Shown: in pieces, positions 38,446-48,595 of the stretch
Position numbering within the stretch: the first letter of the stretch is position 1
Layout of the letters: each line of letters opens with the position of its first letter
Assembly: GCA_963850905.1 (NCBI GenBank)
Contig: CAWKMU010000003.1
Coordinates: forward strand, 800,001 to 864,000
Length of the DNA stretch: 64,000 nucleotides
DNA from: an uncultured Gemmatimonadales bacterium
GTDB lineage: Bacteria > Gemmatimonadota > Gemmatimonadetes > Gemmatimonadales > Gemmatimonadaceae
Reading direction: 5' to 3'
Position numbers and translations under genes: made by a program
The notes under the pieces: generated by a model
Seen by the model: the letters and a program-made list of their open reading frames with translations, nothing else
What the model was told of the DNA's origin: nothing
The model's database searches: none

Positions 38446-39890
38446 GAGACCTCCTCCAGCAGCGTATCGACGTCGGTCTCGGTCGCGCGAGGATTGACGA
38501 AACAGGCGCGCAGCCAGAAGTGGCCGCCAAGCATCGTGCTCGAGAGAAAAGCGCGGCCCCCGAGCTGCACTCGGCGGACCGCCGCGCGATTGACTGCGTC
38601 GATCTGATCGTCCGCGCCGCGCAACTCCCTGGGCACCGCCCGAAAGCACACGACGCTGAGCCCTTGAGGCTCCCAGAGCTCGAGGTCGTCGCGCTGCCGC
38701 ACGCGCTCGGCCAGATAGCGCGCGAGGCTGAGATCGTGCTCGATGAGGGCCCGGTATCCGTCGGTCCCGAAATAGCGCAGCGCCGCCCACACCTTGAGCG
38801 CGCGAAATGGGCGCGTTTGCTCGGTGCTGTACTCGCTCAGCCACGGTGGTCCCTGCACACCATGTCGGTCGTCATCGGTGCGCAGATACGGCGGCACCAG
38901 GCTGAAGGCGTCGCGCATGGCTTGCGCGTCCCTGACGAGCACGAGGCCGGCGTCCACCGGCACGTACAACCACTTGTGCGGATCGACTGCGACGCTGTCG
39001 GCGCGTGCGATCGGAGCGAGTGACGCGCGATACGCGCTCGTGAGCATCGCGGGCCCGCCGTATGCCGCATCGACGTGCAACCACACGTGGTGGCGTGCAC
39101 AAACATCGGCGATGACATCGAGGGGGTCGATCGCTCCGGTGTTCACTGTGCCGGCGCTCGCGATCACCGCCATGGGAACGTGCCCCGCCCCTGCGTCGGC
39201 GGTCAGCATCGCATCGAGCGCCGCGGGCATCATGCGGAGTGCGGCATCGGTCGGCACGATCCGGAGGTTGGCATGGCCGTGTCCCAGAAGCTCGACCGCC
39301 TTCTGGTGACAGCCATGACCCTCGGCGCTGCGGTAGACGACGGGTCGCAGCGGCCGGCCCTCGCGCCCCGCGGCCGCGACGCCCTCCGCGCGCACATCGC
39401 GGCCGTGACGGGCAAAGGCACTGTGCCGAGCCACAGCAAGTGCCGTGAGCGCCGCAGTCGACGCACCGCTCACCAGTACGCCGGTACTCGTGGCAGGGAA
39501 GGCTAGCAGCTGCTTGAACCACTCGAGAACCTGACGTTCGACCCAGACCGCGGCGTGGTTGCCGCCAGCGACGCTCGGATTCATGGCGGCCGCAAGTGCA
39601 TCGGCGAAGATCCCGAGCGGCACAGGCGGCGAGTTGACCCAGCCGTAGAATCGCGGATGTCCGTTTCCGAACGGATACGGGTCGACCTCGTGCACAAAGC
39701 GGTCGAGGATCGCATCGGCGCTCTCGCCCGCGGTGGGCAGCGGCGTGGCCACGAGCTCGCCCGCCAGCGACTCTGGAAACGGACGAAAGACCGGACGCTG
39801 CGGAAGCTCCGTGAGGTGCGCAGCGATCAAGTCGACGACACGGTAGCCGACGCGTCGGATTTCTTCGGATGACCAGGTGAAGGAGGGCAT
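38376..39890 (-). CDS. Group II PLP-dependent amino-acid decarboxylase
   Basis: HPRFYGW, AGTVNTGAIDP, WLHVDAAYGG, DPHKWL. Confidence 0.92.
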   Translation of the reverse strand: MPSFTWSSEEIRRVGYRVVDLIAAHLTELPQRPVFRPFPESLAGELVATPLPTAGESADAILDRFVHEVDPYPFGNGHPRFYGWVNSPPVPLGIFADALAAAMNPSVAGGNHAAVWVERQVLEWFKQLLAFPATSTGVLVSGASTAALTALAVARHSAFARHGRDVRAEGVAAAGREGRPLRPVVYRSAEGHGCHQKAVELLGHGHANLRIVPTDAALRMMPAALDAMLTADAGAGHVPMAVIASAGTVNTGAIDPLDVIADVCARHHVWLHVDAAYGGPAMLTSAYRASLAPIARADSVAVDPHKWLYVPVDAGLVLVRDAQAMRDAFSLVPPYLRTDDDRHGVQGPPWLSEYSTEQTRPFRALKVWAALRYFGTDGYRALIEHDLSLARYLAERVRQRDDLELWEPQGLSVVCFRAVPRELRGADDQIDAVNRAAVRRVQLGGRAFLSSTMLGGHFWLRACFVNPRATETDVDTLLEEVSQSVRAMLPNTSVAKARSPGAPA

Positions 39891-39899
39891 GGTGAGGGG

Positions 39900-40023
39900 C
39901 TAGACGTTGGACGTTAGACGCTAGGCGCTGGAACCAACCGGGGAGCCGGGTGCGGTGCACCGTGACCTGCCCACTATGTTAGTCTCCAGCGTCCAGCGTC
40001 CAGCGTCCAGCGTCTAGCGTCTA
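39900..40023 (+). repeat. Element with a different heptamer arm type (TAGACGY / GCGTCYA)
   Basis: Left TAGACGT-TGGACGT-TAGACGC-TAGGCGC; right CAGCGTC x4 plus TAGCGTC; interior GCCGGGTGCGGTGCACCGTGACCTGC resembles the family inner hairpin. Confidence 0.8.
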
Positions 40024-40878
40024 ATGTCTCTCTTCACCACCGTCGCTGACCTCTACATCTATCCGATCAAGTCGGCGCGCGGCATCTCGGTGTCGGCGCT
40101 CGAGTTCGACGCGCGTGGTGCGAGCGGCGATCGTCGGTGGATGCTCATCGACCGAGACGCTCAATTCCTGTCTCAGCGCCGCATCGCTCGGATGGCCTTG
40201 ATCCAGGTCGCGCTCGACGCGGACGCCCTGGTCGTCGATGCGCCCGGTATGCCGACGCTGACGCTCCCGCGCAACGGTCAACATCCGCCATCGGGGGAGC
40301 GATTGGTCGCGGGCCTCTTCGAGGACGCCGTTGCCGTGCAGCGCGTCGACGCGGAAGTCGACCGCTGGTTCACGACGTTCCTGCGCTACCCGTGCTCGCT
40401 GGTCACCATGCCTGATGACACCCAGCGGCAGGTCGACCTCACGTACGCTCCAGCCGGCCGGACGGTCGCCTTCGCTGATGCGTTCCCCGCGCTGGTGCTC
40501 GGCACCGGATCGATCGATCAGCTCAATCGGCGCCTAGCGGCGAAAGGAGAGCCGCCCGTTGGCGTCAATCGGTTTCGACCCAACATCCTCCTGTCGGTCG
40601 CGGTGCCGCACGCCGAGGACGACTGGTGTCGCCTCGAGGGCCCGCGGATCGCGTTCGACATCGTGAAGCCCTGCGCACGGTGCTCGATTCCCGCCGTCGA
40701 TCCCGACCGCGGCGTCAGGGGGAAGGAGCCAACCAGGACGCTCAGCGAATACCGGACCCGCGACGGCAAGGTGTTATTCGGCCAGAACGCCCTGCACACC
40801 CGGCCCGGCCGTCTCGAGCGTGGCGACCGATTGACGGTCACCTCCGCTGCGCGATGCGCGGAAAAAGTCAAGCAATAA
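40024..40878 (+). CDS. MOSC domain molybdoprotein (YcbX/mARC-like)
   Basis: IYPIKS, DRRWM, FADAFP, RFRPNI, KPCARC, FGQN. Confidence 0.92.
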   Translation: MSLFTTVADLYIYPIKSARGISVSALEFDARGASGDRRWMLIDRDAQFLSQRRIARMALIQVALDADALVVDAPGMPTLTLPRNGQHPPSGERLVAGLFEDAVAVQRVDAEVDRWFTTFLRYPCSLVTMPDDTQRQVDLTYAPAGRTVAFADAFPALVLGTGSIDQLNRRLAAKGEPPVGVNRFRPNILLSVAVPHAEDDWCRLEGPRIAFDIVKPCARCSIPAVDPDRGVRGKEPTRTLSEYRTRDGKVLFGQNALHTRPGRLERGDRLTVTSAARCAEKVKQ

Positions 40879-40985
40879 CTGCGGGGGTCAGGGGTCAGGG
40901 GTCAGGGAACAACACAGTTGGCAACTCGTAGTGCGCTCCGACTAGCCTATCGTTTTGTTCCCTGACCCCAGATCCCTGACCCCTG
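40877..40985 (+). repeat. Heptamer-arm element without REP core, overlapping the MOSC stop
   Basis: T|AACTGCGGGG, (GGGGTCA)3, GGGAACAA...TTGTTCCC, TGACCCC; unique interior. Confidence 0.85.
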
Positions 40986-41054
40986 TCTCTTAAGGACTGG
41001 ACAAGCGACACACACTTAGCCAACGTCCAGTCTCCCTCCAACAGGTAGAATCTC

Positions 41055-41591
41055 GTGCGAGCGCACACCTCAGCTCTGACCCTTGCCGTCGTTGCACTCC
41101 TGCCGAGCCTGGCTGCGGCTCAGTCTGCACCGCTTGCTGATGCCCTCCGGAAGCAAGAGGCAAACGCGGCCAAGAATCTGACCGCAGCGGCCGAGGAGTT
41201 TCCCGCCGACAAGTACGGGTATAAGCCCACCCCAGCGCAAATGAGTTTTGGAAAAATCGTCGTCCATCTCGCGCAGGGTAACGACTTTTTCTGCGGCACG
41301 ATCGCCGGCGTAAAGGCGCCCGAGCGGTCCAAGGTTGACTCAGCGGCAGCCAAGGACGCACTCGTCGGCCGGCTCAAGGAAACCTTTGACTTCTGCAACC
41401 AGGCGCTGGCCAACGTCGACGACTCGAAGCTGGGCGAGCAGCTGCCGTTCTTCGGCGGCCGCACCATGACGAGAGCCGAGATGGAGATGATTACCGCAGC
41501 AGATTGGCAGGACCATTACAGTCAGTCGGCTATCTACCTTCGATTGAATGGACTCCTGCCACCGACGGCTCAGAAGAAGCCTGCGGCGTAA
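41055..41591 (+). CDS. Secreted DinB family protein
   Basis: Signal peptide; AAEEFPADKYGYKPTP..MSFG...HLA; DHYSQ..IYLRLNGLLPP. Confidence 0.85.
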   Translation: MRAHTSALTLAVVALLPSLAAAQSAPLADALRKQEANAAKNLTAAAEEFPADKYGYKPTPAQMSFGKIVVHLAQGNDFFCGTIAGVKAPERSKVDSAAAKDALVGRLKETFDFCNQALANVDDSKLGEQLPFFGGRTMTRAEMEMITAADWQDHYSQSAIYLRLNGLLPPTAQKKPAA

Positions 41592-41697
41592 AGTCGGCAC
41601 CACGCGCGCCCTCGCGCGCTGACTGCAAGACATTGACTGATGAGGCCAGTCTCGGGATCGCGCGGGACTGGCCTCAGTGCGTCTTTGAAAAACACCG

Positions 41698-43104
41698 GTG
41701 CGGGACATTGCAGCGTCTAACGTCCAGCGTCTACATTCACCTGAAGTGTCTGTCTCACACGTGAGCGTCGCCGCCGGAGCGACTCGATTTCCGTCGCAGC
41801 GGTCCCGGCGCCCGACCGCGCGGGCAAGTCGAGTTGCCGGCCTCGTTGGCCTGTTGCTCGCGGCGCATGGCTGCAAGTCGAGCACCGCGCCCAACGCCAA
41901 CAACAGCGGGACACTGGTCATCACCGTCAAACCCACCAACGGCGCCACGCCGCTCGTCGTCGTCACCGGAGCAAGCGGTGACACGGCAGTCGTGACGAGG
42001 GTTGACACCACGCTCTTCGTCCCAGCCGGCACGTACACCGTCGCGAGCGCAAGCGCGGTCGTGGTGGGCCCGGTCACCACGGCCTTCTACGCCGGCACGG
42101 TGAAAGGCAGTCCGGCGACGCTCGCGACAGGCGGAAAGGCGGTCATCTCGATCACTTTTGCGCTGCGGCCCGGCTCTGGCCACCTCTGGGTAGTCGGTGG
42201 GCCGACCGGACACGCCGTGGCCGCCGCGTACGCGGGCGCCAACTTGGACAGCGGCGCTGCCACCGTCTCACTCGCTGTCGCTGGCCAATACGGCGCGTTC
42301 GATGCGGGCGGCAATCTGTGGGTTGCCGATTCGAGCACAAACACGCTCACGGGGTACTCCGCGGATCAACTCGCGGCGAGTGGCACGCCAACTCCCACGG
42401 TGACGATCACCAGCGCCGCGCTTCGGGGCCCCGTCGGCCTGGCCTTCGATCACACGGGCACGCTCTGGGTCTCGAACTTCGACGGGAACACGGTGGTGGG
42501 TTTCTTTACCAACCAACTGCGCGCCGGCGGCAACCAGAAACCGGCCGTTGTGATCAGCGGGATCGCATTCGACGGACCCGCTCGCATCCAGTTCGATACC
42601 GCGGGAAATCTGTGGGTACCCAATACGCTCACCAGCACCGTCGTGGCCATTGCGTCGTCCAGCCTGGCTGTGAGTGGCACGCCACTGCCAGCGGTCACGC
42701 TGACCTCGGACAGTGGATCACTCAACGGGCCGAGTGGCGTCGCATTCGACGCATCGGGCGATCTCTGGGTCGCGAACTCCGTCGGGAGCAGTCTCGTTGC
42801 CTTCAGCCCATCGGAGCTCGTGGCGAGCGGCCCGGCGGTTCCATTTGAGTTCCTGATTCCGCCGGCATCGACCGGCTCGCCGACCGCGATCGCCTTCGAC
42901 AACAGCGGCGACCTCTGGACCAATAGCACCACGGGCGGGGCCGTACTGGGCTACACAGGCGTCCAACTGGCCGTTGGTGATACCGTCCCACCCGCTGTGG
43001 TCGTGTCCGTCGCGAGTCCGCCTTCGACCCTCGCGTTCAACCCCGCGTCATCGAGCCTGCCCATCGCGGGTGGCGCCTTCGCCCGCATCCGGCGATCGCA
43101 TTAG
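41698..43104 (+). CDS. NHL-repeat beta-propeller lipoprotein
   Basis: Five or more P.G.AFD..G.LWV repeats; lipobox AHGC; start uncertain. Confidence 0.82.
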   Translation: MRDIAASNVQRLHSPEVSVSHVSVAAGATRFPSQRSRRPTARASRVAGLVGLLLAAHGCKSSTAPNANNSGTLVITVKPTNGATPLVVVTGASGDTAVVTRVDTTLFVPAGTYTVASASAVVVGPVTTAFYAGTVKGSPATLATGGKAVISITFALRPGSGHLWVVGGPTGHAVAAAYAGANLDSGAATVSLAVAGQYGAFDAGGNLWVADSSTNTLTGYSADQLAASGTPTPTVTITSAALRGPVGLAFDHTGTLWVSNFDGNTVVGFFTNQLRAGGNQKPAVVISGIAFDGPARIQFDTAGNLWVPNTLTSTVVAIASSSLAVSGTPLPAVTLTSDSGSLNGPSGVAFDASGDLWVANSVGSSLVAFSPSELVASGPAVPFEFLIPPASTGSPTAIAFDNSGDLWTNSTTGGAVLGYTGVQLAVGDTVPPAVVVSVASPPSTLAFNPASSSLPIAGGAFARIRRSH

Positions 43105-43148
43105 AACGCCACTATCACGCCGACCGCACGGAATCCGTGCATACACGG

Positions 43149-43329
43149 GTAGGGGCGACGCAATGCGTCGCCCTCTGGCTCCGTAAGGCCGGGTTCGATA
43201 GCCGCCGCCTGTCCATGTAATCCGGGGTTACTCGCTCCGTAGGGGCGACGCATGCGTCGCCCTTATTTCCGTAGGGCCGGGATCGGCGTCACCCCCTGCT
43301 TGTCCATGCAATCGGTGGTCATTCGCTCC
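43149..43329 (+). repeat. Two diverged ~90-nt tandem units, each starting with a GTAG-REP
   Basis: Cores at 43149 and 43239, each followed by TCCGTARGGCCGGG...TGTCCATGYAATC...TCGCTCC. Confidence 0.85.
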
Positions 43330-43458
43330 TAGTCGTATGGGGAAAAGCCCGACCCCCTGATCCCGAACGCCTAACCCTTGCCTCACCGGCCGTGCCCAAC
43401 AATCAGCGGGCCGCCACCGTAGTTTTTGAAGCGGAAGCCATATCCTACTGGAGCACTG

Positions 43459-44238
43459 ATGCGGATTAGACAGTCAATGAGCGCCATCGGCGTGCTCGCG
43501 GCGTTGGTCGCGGGCTGTTCGAACGGCGTCGACAACCTCAGTTCATCGACAGTGACGCTCGGTAACCCCGATAGCCTCACATACTTGCTGTTGCCGAGCC
43601 CGAGCTCGCCCGGCGTCCCGGCCGGGATCCTGCTCAAATGGGGCGCGGCGACCGATCCGAACGTGACCAACTACGTCGTGTTTGGCGCGGTTGTCGGCGG
43701 GGGTTGGGGGGAGGTCGCCGCTACCGGAGAGACGAGCTACTTCGTTCCTGGCACGCCTGCGAACGAGTATTACGTCGCGTCGTCGGACGCGAACGGGGAT
43801 GTCAGCAGCGGGACTTCCCCCATCACCGTCAACACCCAACAGGTGCTGCCGCCGCCTGACGGTCTGACGGCGGTGGCCATCGACTCCGGCGTCGAGCTCA
43901 CCTGGTCGGCGGATGCTCGGCTCAGTAACCCGTCCGAGTTCTCTTACTATCGCGTGTATTCCGAGCCCGCGGTCGTGACGAACAATACGGCGAACTGCCC
44001 CACGGGCGCGGCCGGCTTCGGCCTCGAGGGCTCGACCGTCTCCGAGGGGTACGTCGTCACGGGCCTGGCCAACGGCTCGACTTGGTGCTTCGGCGTAACG
44101 ACCATTGCCACGCTCGGCCAGGAAAGCGTGCTCACCGCCTGGGTCACCGCCTCGCCGACATCGGGTGGCGGAAGCTTTGACGTGACGTCGTCGCACATCA
44201 CGGTCGGGGTGCATAAGGCGAGCAAGGCGCGGCGGTAA
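43459..44238 (+). CDS. Fibronectin type III domain lipoprotein
   Basis: GGAG RBS; lipobox VAGC; PDGLTAVA..SGVELTW...YYRVY...VTGLANG..W.FGVT...GQES. Confidence 0.78.
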   Translation: MRIRQSMSAIGVLAALVAGCSNGVDNLSSSTVTLGNPDSLTYLLLPSPSSPGVPAGILLKWGAATDPNVTNYVVFGAVVGGGWGEVAATGETSYFVPGTPANEYYVASSDANGDVSSGTSPITVNTQQVLPPPDGLTAVAIDSGVELTWSADARLSNPSEFSYYRVYSEPAVVTNNTANCPTGAAGFGLEGSTVSEGYVVTGLANGSTWCFGVTTIATLGQESVLTAWVTASPTSGGGSFDVTSSHITVGVHKASKARR

Positions 44239-44243
44239 GGCGA

Positions 44244-44371
44244 AACGGCCGATTTGGGGTCTGGGGTACCCGCAACAAACCCAAAGGGCCAGTCACGGTG
44301 CGCTGTGACTGGCCCTCGCGTTTTGTCGCAGTCACCCCAGACCCCAGACCCCAAACCCCAGACCCCCGCTG
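44244..44371 (+). repeat. Element with CCCCAGA-type arms and inner hairpin, no REP core
   Basis: AACGG..TTTGGGGTCTGGGG; AGGGCCAGTCAC-GGTGCGCT-GTGACTGGCCCT; (CCCCARA)4. Confidence 0.85.
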
Positions 44372-44372
44372 C

Positions 44373-47300
44373 TCAGTCCCCGCGCACCTCCGCCTGCCCG
44401 GCCGCCTTCCGTTTCGCATTGAACGCGGCCAGCCCCTTGGTCTCGAGCGCGGTCCACCGCGCGAGCGCCGTCTGATAGTCTCCGCGCGCCTTGTCGCAAG
44501 CAGCGATCTCGCGCGCAGTAGGCGCGACATCGGCACCCTGCATCGCCATGGCGGCGGCCATCATCGCCGCGCTCGTGCTCGTGAGCGTTGGGGGACCCGG
44601 AGGTGCTGGGGGCCCGAAGCCAAAGCCGGGCTGCCGCCGCACCGGTACCGGGGCAACGGAATCGACCGCCGCTCGGAAGGTAGCGACGCCCTCTCCAGCG
44701 GCCCCATCGAGCTTGCCGATGAGCGCACGTGCCTGCAGGAACCTCGCGTGCGCCGCCAGCGCTCCGTCATACATCGCCTGTGACAGCGATGCGAGCTGTG
44801 CGAGGCCTGCGGCTGACGTCTTCACGCGCGGATCCAATCGCAGGACGAGCGGTTGCGTCATGCGCTTGCCGTCGACGGTCAGGCGCACGGTGTAGCGGCC
44901 CCGTGGCGCCCAGGGTGCGTTGACGAGCGGAAGCGTCCGGTGCGGCACCGCACCGACTGCCGCGTCTCCGCCCGCCGGACCATCGCTGTCGCCAGGAATC
45001 GGCGCGAAGTGGAGGTCCCAACTCAATCGGTGCATGCCCGGCTCCGTCGAGACGATCGTCGGCGGTGCCGGCCAGTAGAGCGGCAGACCGCAATCGCGCG
45101 CCGTCGGGGTCTGCTGGCACAGTCGATTGTACGCCGCCGAGTCGAGGGCGGGGTCGGGATGCCGCACCGGGTCAGCGCTCGAGTACGTGCGGACCACGCG
45201 CCCGGCCGAGTCCAGGATGTCGATGGTCACAGGCCCCGAGGGCGGGCTCGCCAGGTAGTAGTCGATGATTCGCGCCGGGCGGTGGATTCTCGCCTGCCGT
45301 GACCTCGGGCGGCCACGGCGTCGGATCGTTGGTGCCGAATCGGACGCGGACCGCGGTGACGGGCTTGAACAGATACGCCCCTGCGGCGGCGCGTGCTGCT
45401 GCCGCCTGGCGGAGCGGCGTCACGTCGTCGAGGATCCAGAATCCGCGACCATGCGTGCCGGCAACGAGATCGGAGCAGAGACAGGTGCTGTCGTCCTTCA
45501 CTTGCAGATCGCGCACCGAGATGGCCGGCATGTTGAGTCGCAGCGACTCCCAGTGATCGCCGTCGTCGAACGAGACCCACACCTGCGTATCGGTGGCGGC
45601 GTAGAGCAACCCCTTGCGCGGGTCTTCGCGAATGGAGTTGGCGACCGCGCCCGGCGCGATGCCGTTGTCGATCTCGGTCCACGTCTTGCCGCCGTCGTGC
45701 GTGCGCCAGAAGTGCGGGTTCATGTCGTCGAGGCGCAGCGTGTTGGCGGCGGCGTACGCCGTCATCGCATCGAAGTGGCCCGCATCCATGTTGAAGATGC
45801 GCGTCCACGGCTTGATGCCTGGCGGCGTGACGTTGGTCCACTTCGCGCCGCCGTCGGTGGTCACCTGGATGTTGCCGTCATCCGTGCCGGCCCAGAGCAC
45901 CCGCGCGCTCCTGGTCGACGGCGCGAGCGCGGTGATCGTACCCTGCGGGCGCCGGCTTCACATCGGCGGCGTACTTGCCCGCGTTGGCAGGAACGTCCCA
46001 GGTCTGCCGCGCGAGATCGCGGCTGATGCGCGTCCAGTGGTGGGCATGGTCGACGCTCTTCCACACGGCGTCCGAGGCGTAAAAGAGCACCGTCGGGTCG
46101 ATCGGCGACCAGGCGATCGGCATCGTGCGGACGTTGCGATTGTAGTTGACGGTCTTCGCGTTCGCGGTGCGAGGCGGAGTTCCACCGGTCATGTCGGGAC
46201 CGACGAACGTCGTCTGCCCGGTCTTGCGGTTGTAGAGCGACACGTTGTTGCGCATGCTGCCGTACACGAGGTCCGGGTCTTCGGGATCCGGCGCCGCTAT
46301 GCCGTACTCCTGGATGTCGACGGGATGCCAGTCGTGGAAGGTGATTTCGCCATCCATTGACCGGCTCTCGACGCACGCCGAGCCCGAGTCCTGCTGGCCG
46401 CTGCAGACGCGATAGGGGAACGCGTTGTCGGTGGTGACGTGATACATCGCGGCCGTCGGCTGCGTGTACCAGTTGCTCCACGATTCGCCGCGATTGGCGG
46501 AGACCACGCCGCCCTGGTCGCCACCACCAGCAGAATGTCGGGATTCCGAGGGTTGATCCAGGTCTTCTGGTAGTCGTCGCCGCCGGGCGCGCCGCGCACG
46601 GCGGACCAGGTCAGGCCCCGCATCTTCGGTCCGCCAGAACACGGTCGATCAGCTGTAGACGACGTTCTCGTTCTTCGGATCGACGGTGATCGTCGGGAGG
46701 TCGCCGCCGCCGATGCGGCCCAGCGGACGCGGATCGGGCTGTCGCGCATGGGCAGAGTCGGTGGCATTCGCATCGTGAATCGCGAGCCGCCAGTGTGCGC
46801 CGCCGTCGGTGGACTTGTAGAAGCCGATGACGCCCTGTGGACGTGGCGGACCACCTGCAGGCGCCGCTGCGGCGATCATCGCGTAGACCACCTGCGGGTT
46901 GCTGGCCGCGATGGTCAGGTTTGCCTGCATCACCCCGGCGGGCAGTCCGTCGGTCAGCTGCTTCCAGTTTGTTCCGCCATCGGTCGACTTGAAGATCCCG
47001 CCGCTCGTGCCGCCGAATGACCCGCCCTCGATGAAGCTCTGCTGCTGCTGCCACAGCGCGGCGTAGATGACGTTGGGATTACTCGGATCGATGTGGACGT
47101 CGTTGCCGCTCGTGTACTCGTCCTTGTACAGCACCTTCTGGAACGTCTTGCCGCCGTCGGTCGAGCGAAAGATGCCGCGCTCGGCGTTGGGTCCGTATGG
47201 ATGTCCCAGCGCCGCGACGAACAACCGGTTCGGATCAGACGCGTCGACGTCGATCATCGCGATCATCTGGCTGTCGTCGAGTCCGAGGTGGACCCACGTC

Positions 47301-47689
47301 TTGCCGCCGTCGGTCGACTTATACACGCCATCGCCGATCGCCAGATCGGGCCGAATGATCCCGCCACCCGTGCCGACGTAGATGATGTTCGGATCCGAGG
47401 GGGCCACCGCGATCGCGCCGATGGAGCCGGTCGGCTCATGGTCGAAAAGCGGCACCCAGTTGGCGCCGTAGTCAGTGGACCGCCAGACGCCGCCGTCGTC
47501 GAATCCGATGTAGAAGACGTTGGGCTGGCTCGCGACTCCAGCAAGCGCCCGCGCACGCCCCGCGCGCGGTGGCCCGATTTGCCGCCACCGCATGGCACCG
47601 TACAGGTCGGGAGTTTGTGCGGCGGCCACCGACGCGGTCACCGCAAGGGATCCAAGCGCCAGCACAGCGCGAGACACAAACGAGCGCAC
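44373..47689 (-). pseudogene. VPS10/BNR-repeat glycosyl hydrolase-like secreted protein (about 1100 aa) with four frameshifts and one in-frame TGA; may be intact in vivo
   Basis: WRQIGP.RAGR, many S/TxDGGxTW Asp-boxes, GTHGRGFWILDD; TGA at 46649-46651; indels near 46618 (+1), 46520 (-1), 45948 (+1), 45270 (+1); net +2 matches span 3317. Confidence 0.85.
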
Positions 47690-47776
47690 GTCAGAACCTC
47701 GATGAAGAATGGAGAGAAGATGAAATTGTGGTACGTGACAAGCATTCGGCGAGTGGGCGGGGAAACGACGGACGGT

Positions 47777-47943
47777 AACTGCGGGGCCAGGGGTGAGGGG
47801 CCAGGGACCCAATCGAAGGGTCAGTGACGGTGCACTGAGACCGGCCTCGGACCGGTAGGGGCGACGCATTGCGTCGCCCGTCGTTGCCGTGGCGTTTGGT
47901 CGTTGTTCTCGACCCCTGGTCCCTGATCTCTGACCCCACCGTT
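47777..47943 (+). repeat. Composite heptamer-arm/GTAG-REP element, full copy
   Basis: AACTGCGGGG, core 47855-47879, TGACCCCACCGTT. Confidence 0.9.
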
Positions 47944-47965
47944 GCCGTGTCCCTGCATTTGCCCC

Positions 47966-48595
47966 TCACCTCACCTCCCGCCCCCCACTCCGGTCGTCGG
48001 GAACGAATCGCCCCTGGGCAGGCATCCGCACGAGCGGCAGCGTCCTCGCGTTCAGCACGGTGTTGCGTGGCACGATGTGGTTCTGGACCAGGATGAACGC
48101 CGTGAGCGCATAGGTCTGATGCGGAGTGAGCGAACCGGGCGACGGGAAGGGCATGGCCCGGGCGATGTAGTCGTAGAGCGTCGTGGCGTACGGCCAGTAG
48201 TTGCCGACGGTCGCGACCGCCGTCGTATCCGTCGCAAATGGAAATGCATCGCCGGGAATCCGACCCACGAGAGCGGGTGCCGGGGGAATCGCGCCGTGTA
48301 CGCCGTCGGCGCCATGGCAGACCGCGCACTGCGTCGCGTAGATCGCCGCACCTTGGGCGGCCGTCCCACTGTCGTGCGGCAGTCCACGGCCCGACGCATC
48401 GACATCCGTGTTCCATCGGGCGATGTCGTCACTGCTCGCGGCTTCGCCGAATCCGAACCGCGCGGGCGCGGCATCAGTGGACCGCACGGCCGCCGAGGAC
48501 TGGCCACAAGCGGCGACGGCGCCGCTCACTGCGACGAGCAGCAACGCGCGGCGACGCACTCGGCCGCCGTTCGAGCGGCGCGCGCGATCAGACAC
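47966..48595 (-). CDS. soxD: SoxD-like monoheme cytochrome c lipoprotein
   Basis: CAVCH, GRGLP..SGT...GA.IY, TVGNYWPYATTLYDYIARAMP; GTG start overlaps the soxC stop. Confidence 0.82.
   Translation of the reverse strand: MSDRARRSNGGRVRRRALLLVAVSGAVAACGQSSAAVRSTDAAPARFGFGEAASSDDIARWNTDVDASGRGLPHDSGTAAQGAAIYATQCAVCHGADGVHGAIPPAPALVGRIPGDAFPFATDTTAVATVGNYWPYATTLYDYIARAMPFPSPGSLTPHQTYALTAFILVQNHIVPRNTVLNARTLPLVRMPAQGRFVPDDRSGGREVR

Noticed and set aside
46649..46651. Selenocysteine at the in-frame TGA (YS*STVFW) of the BNR hydrolase
   Set aside because: No convincing SECIS hairpin is visible, and two indels lie within 130 nt, so a base-call error or nonsense mutation is more likely.
47690..47869. 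Repeat-derived reading frames (MRRPYRS..., GVRGQGSG..., PDPRPLTP...) as real peptides
   Set aside because: They are translations of the intergenic element; the hydrolase has its own RBS and GTG at 47689.
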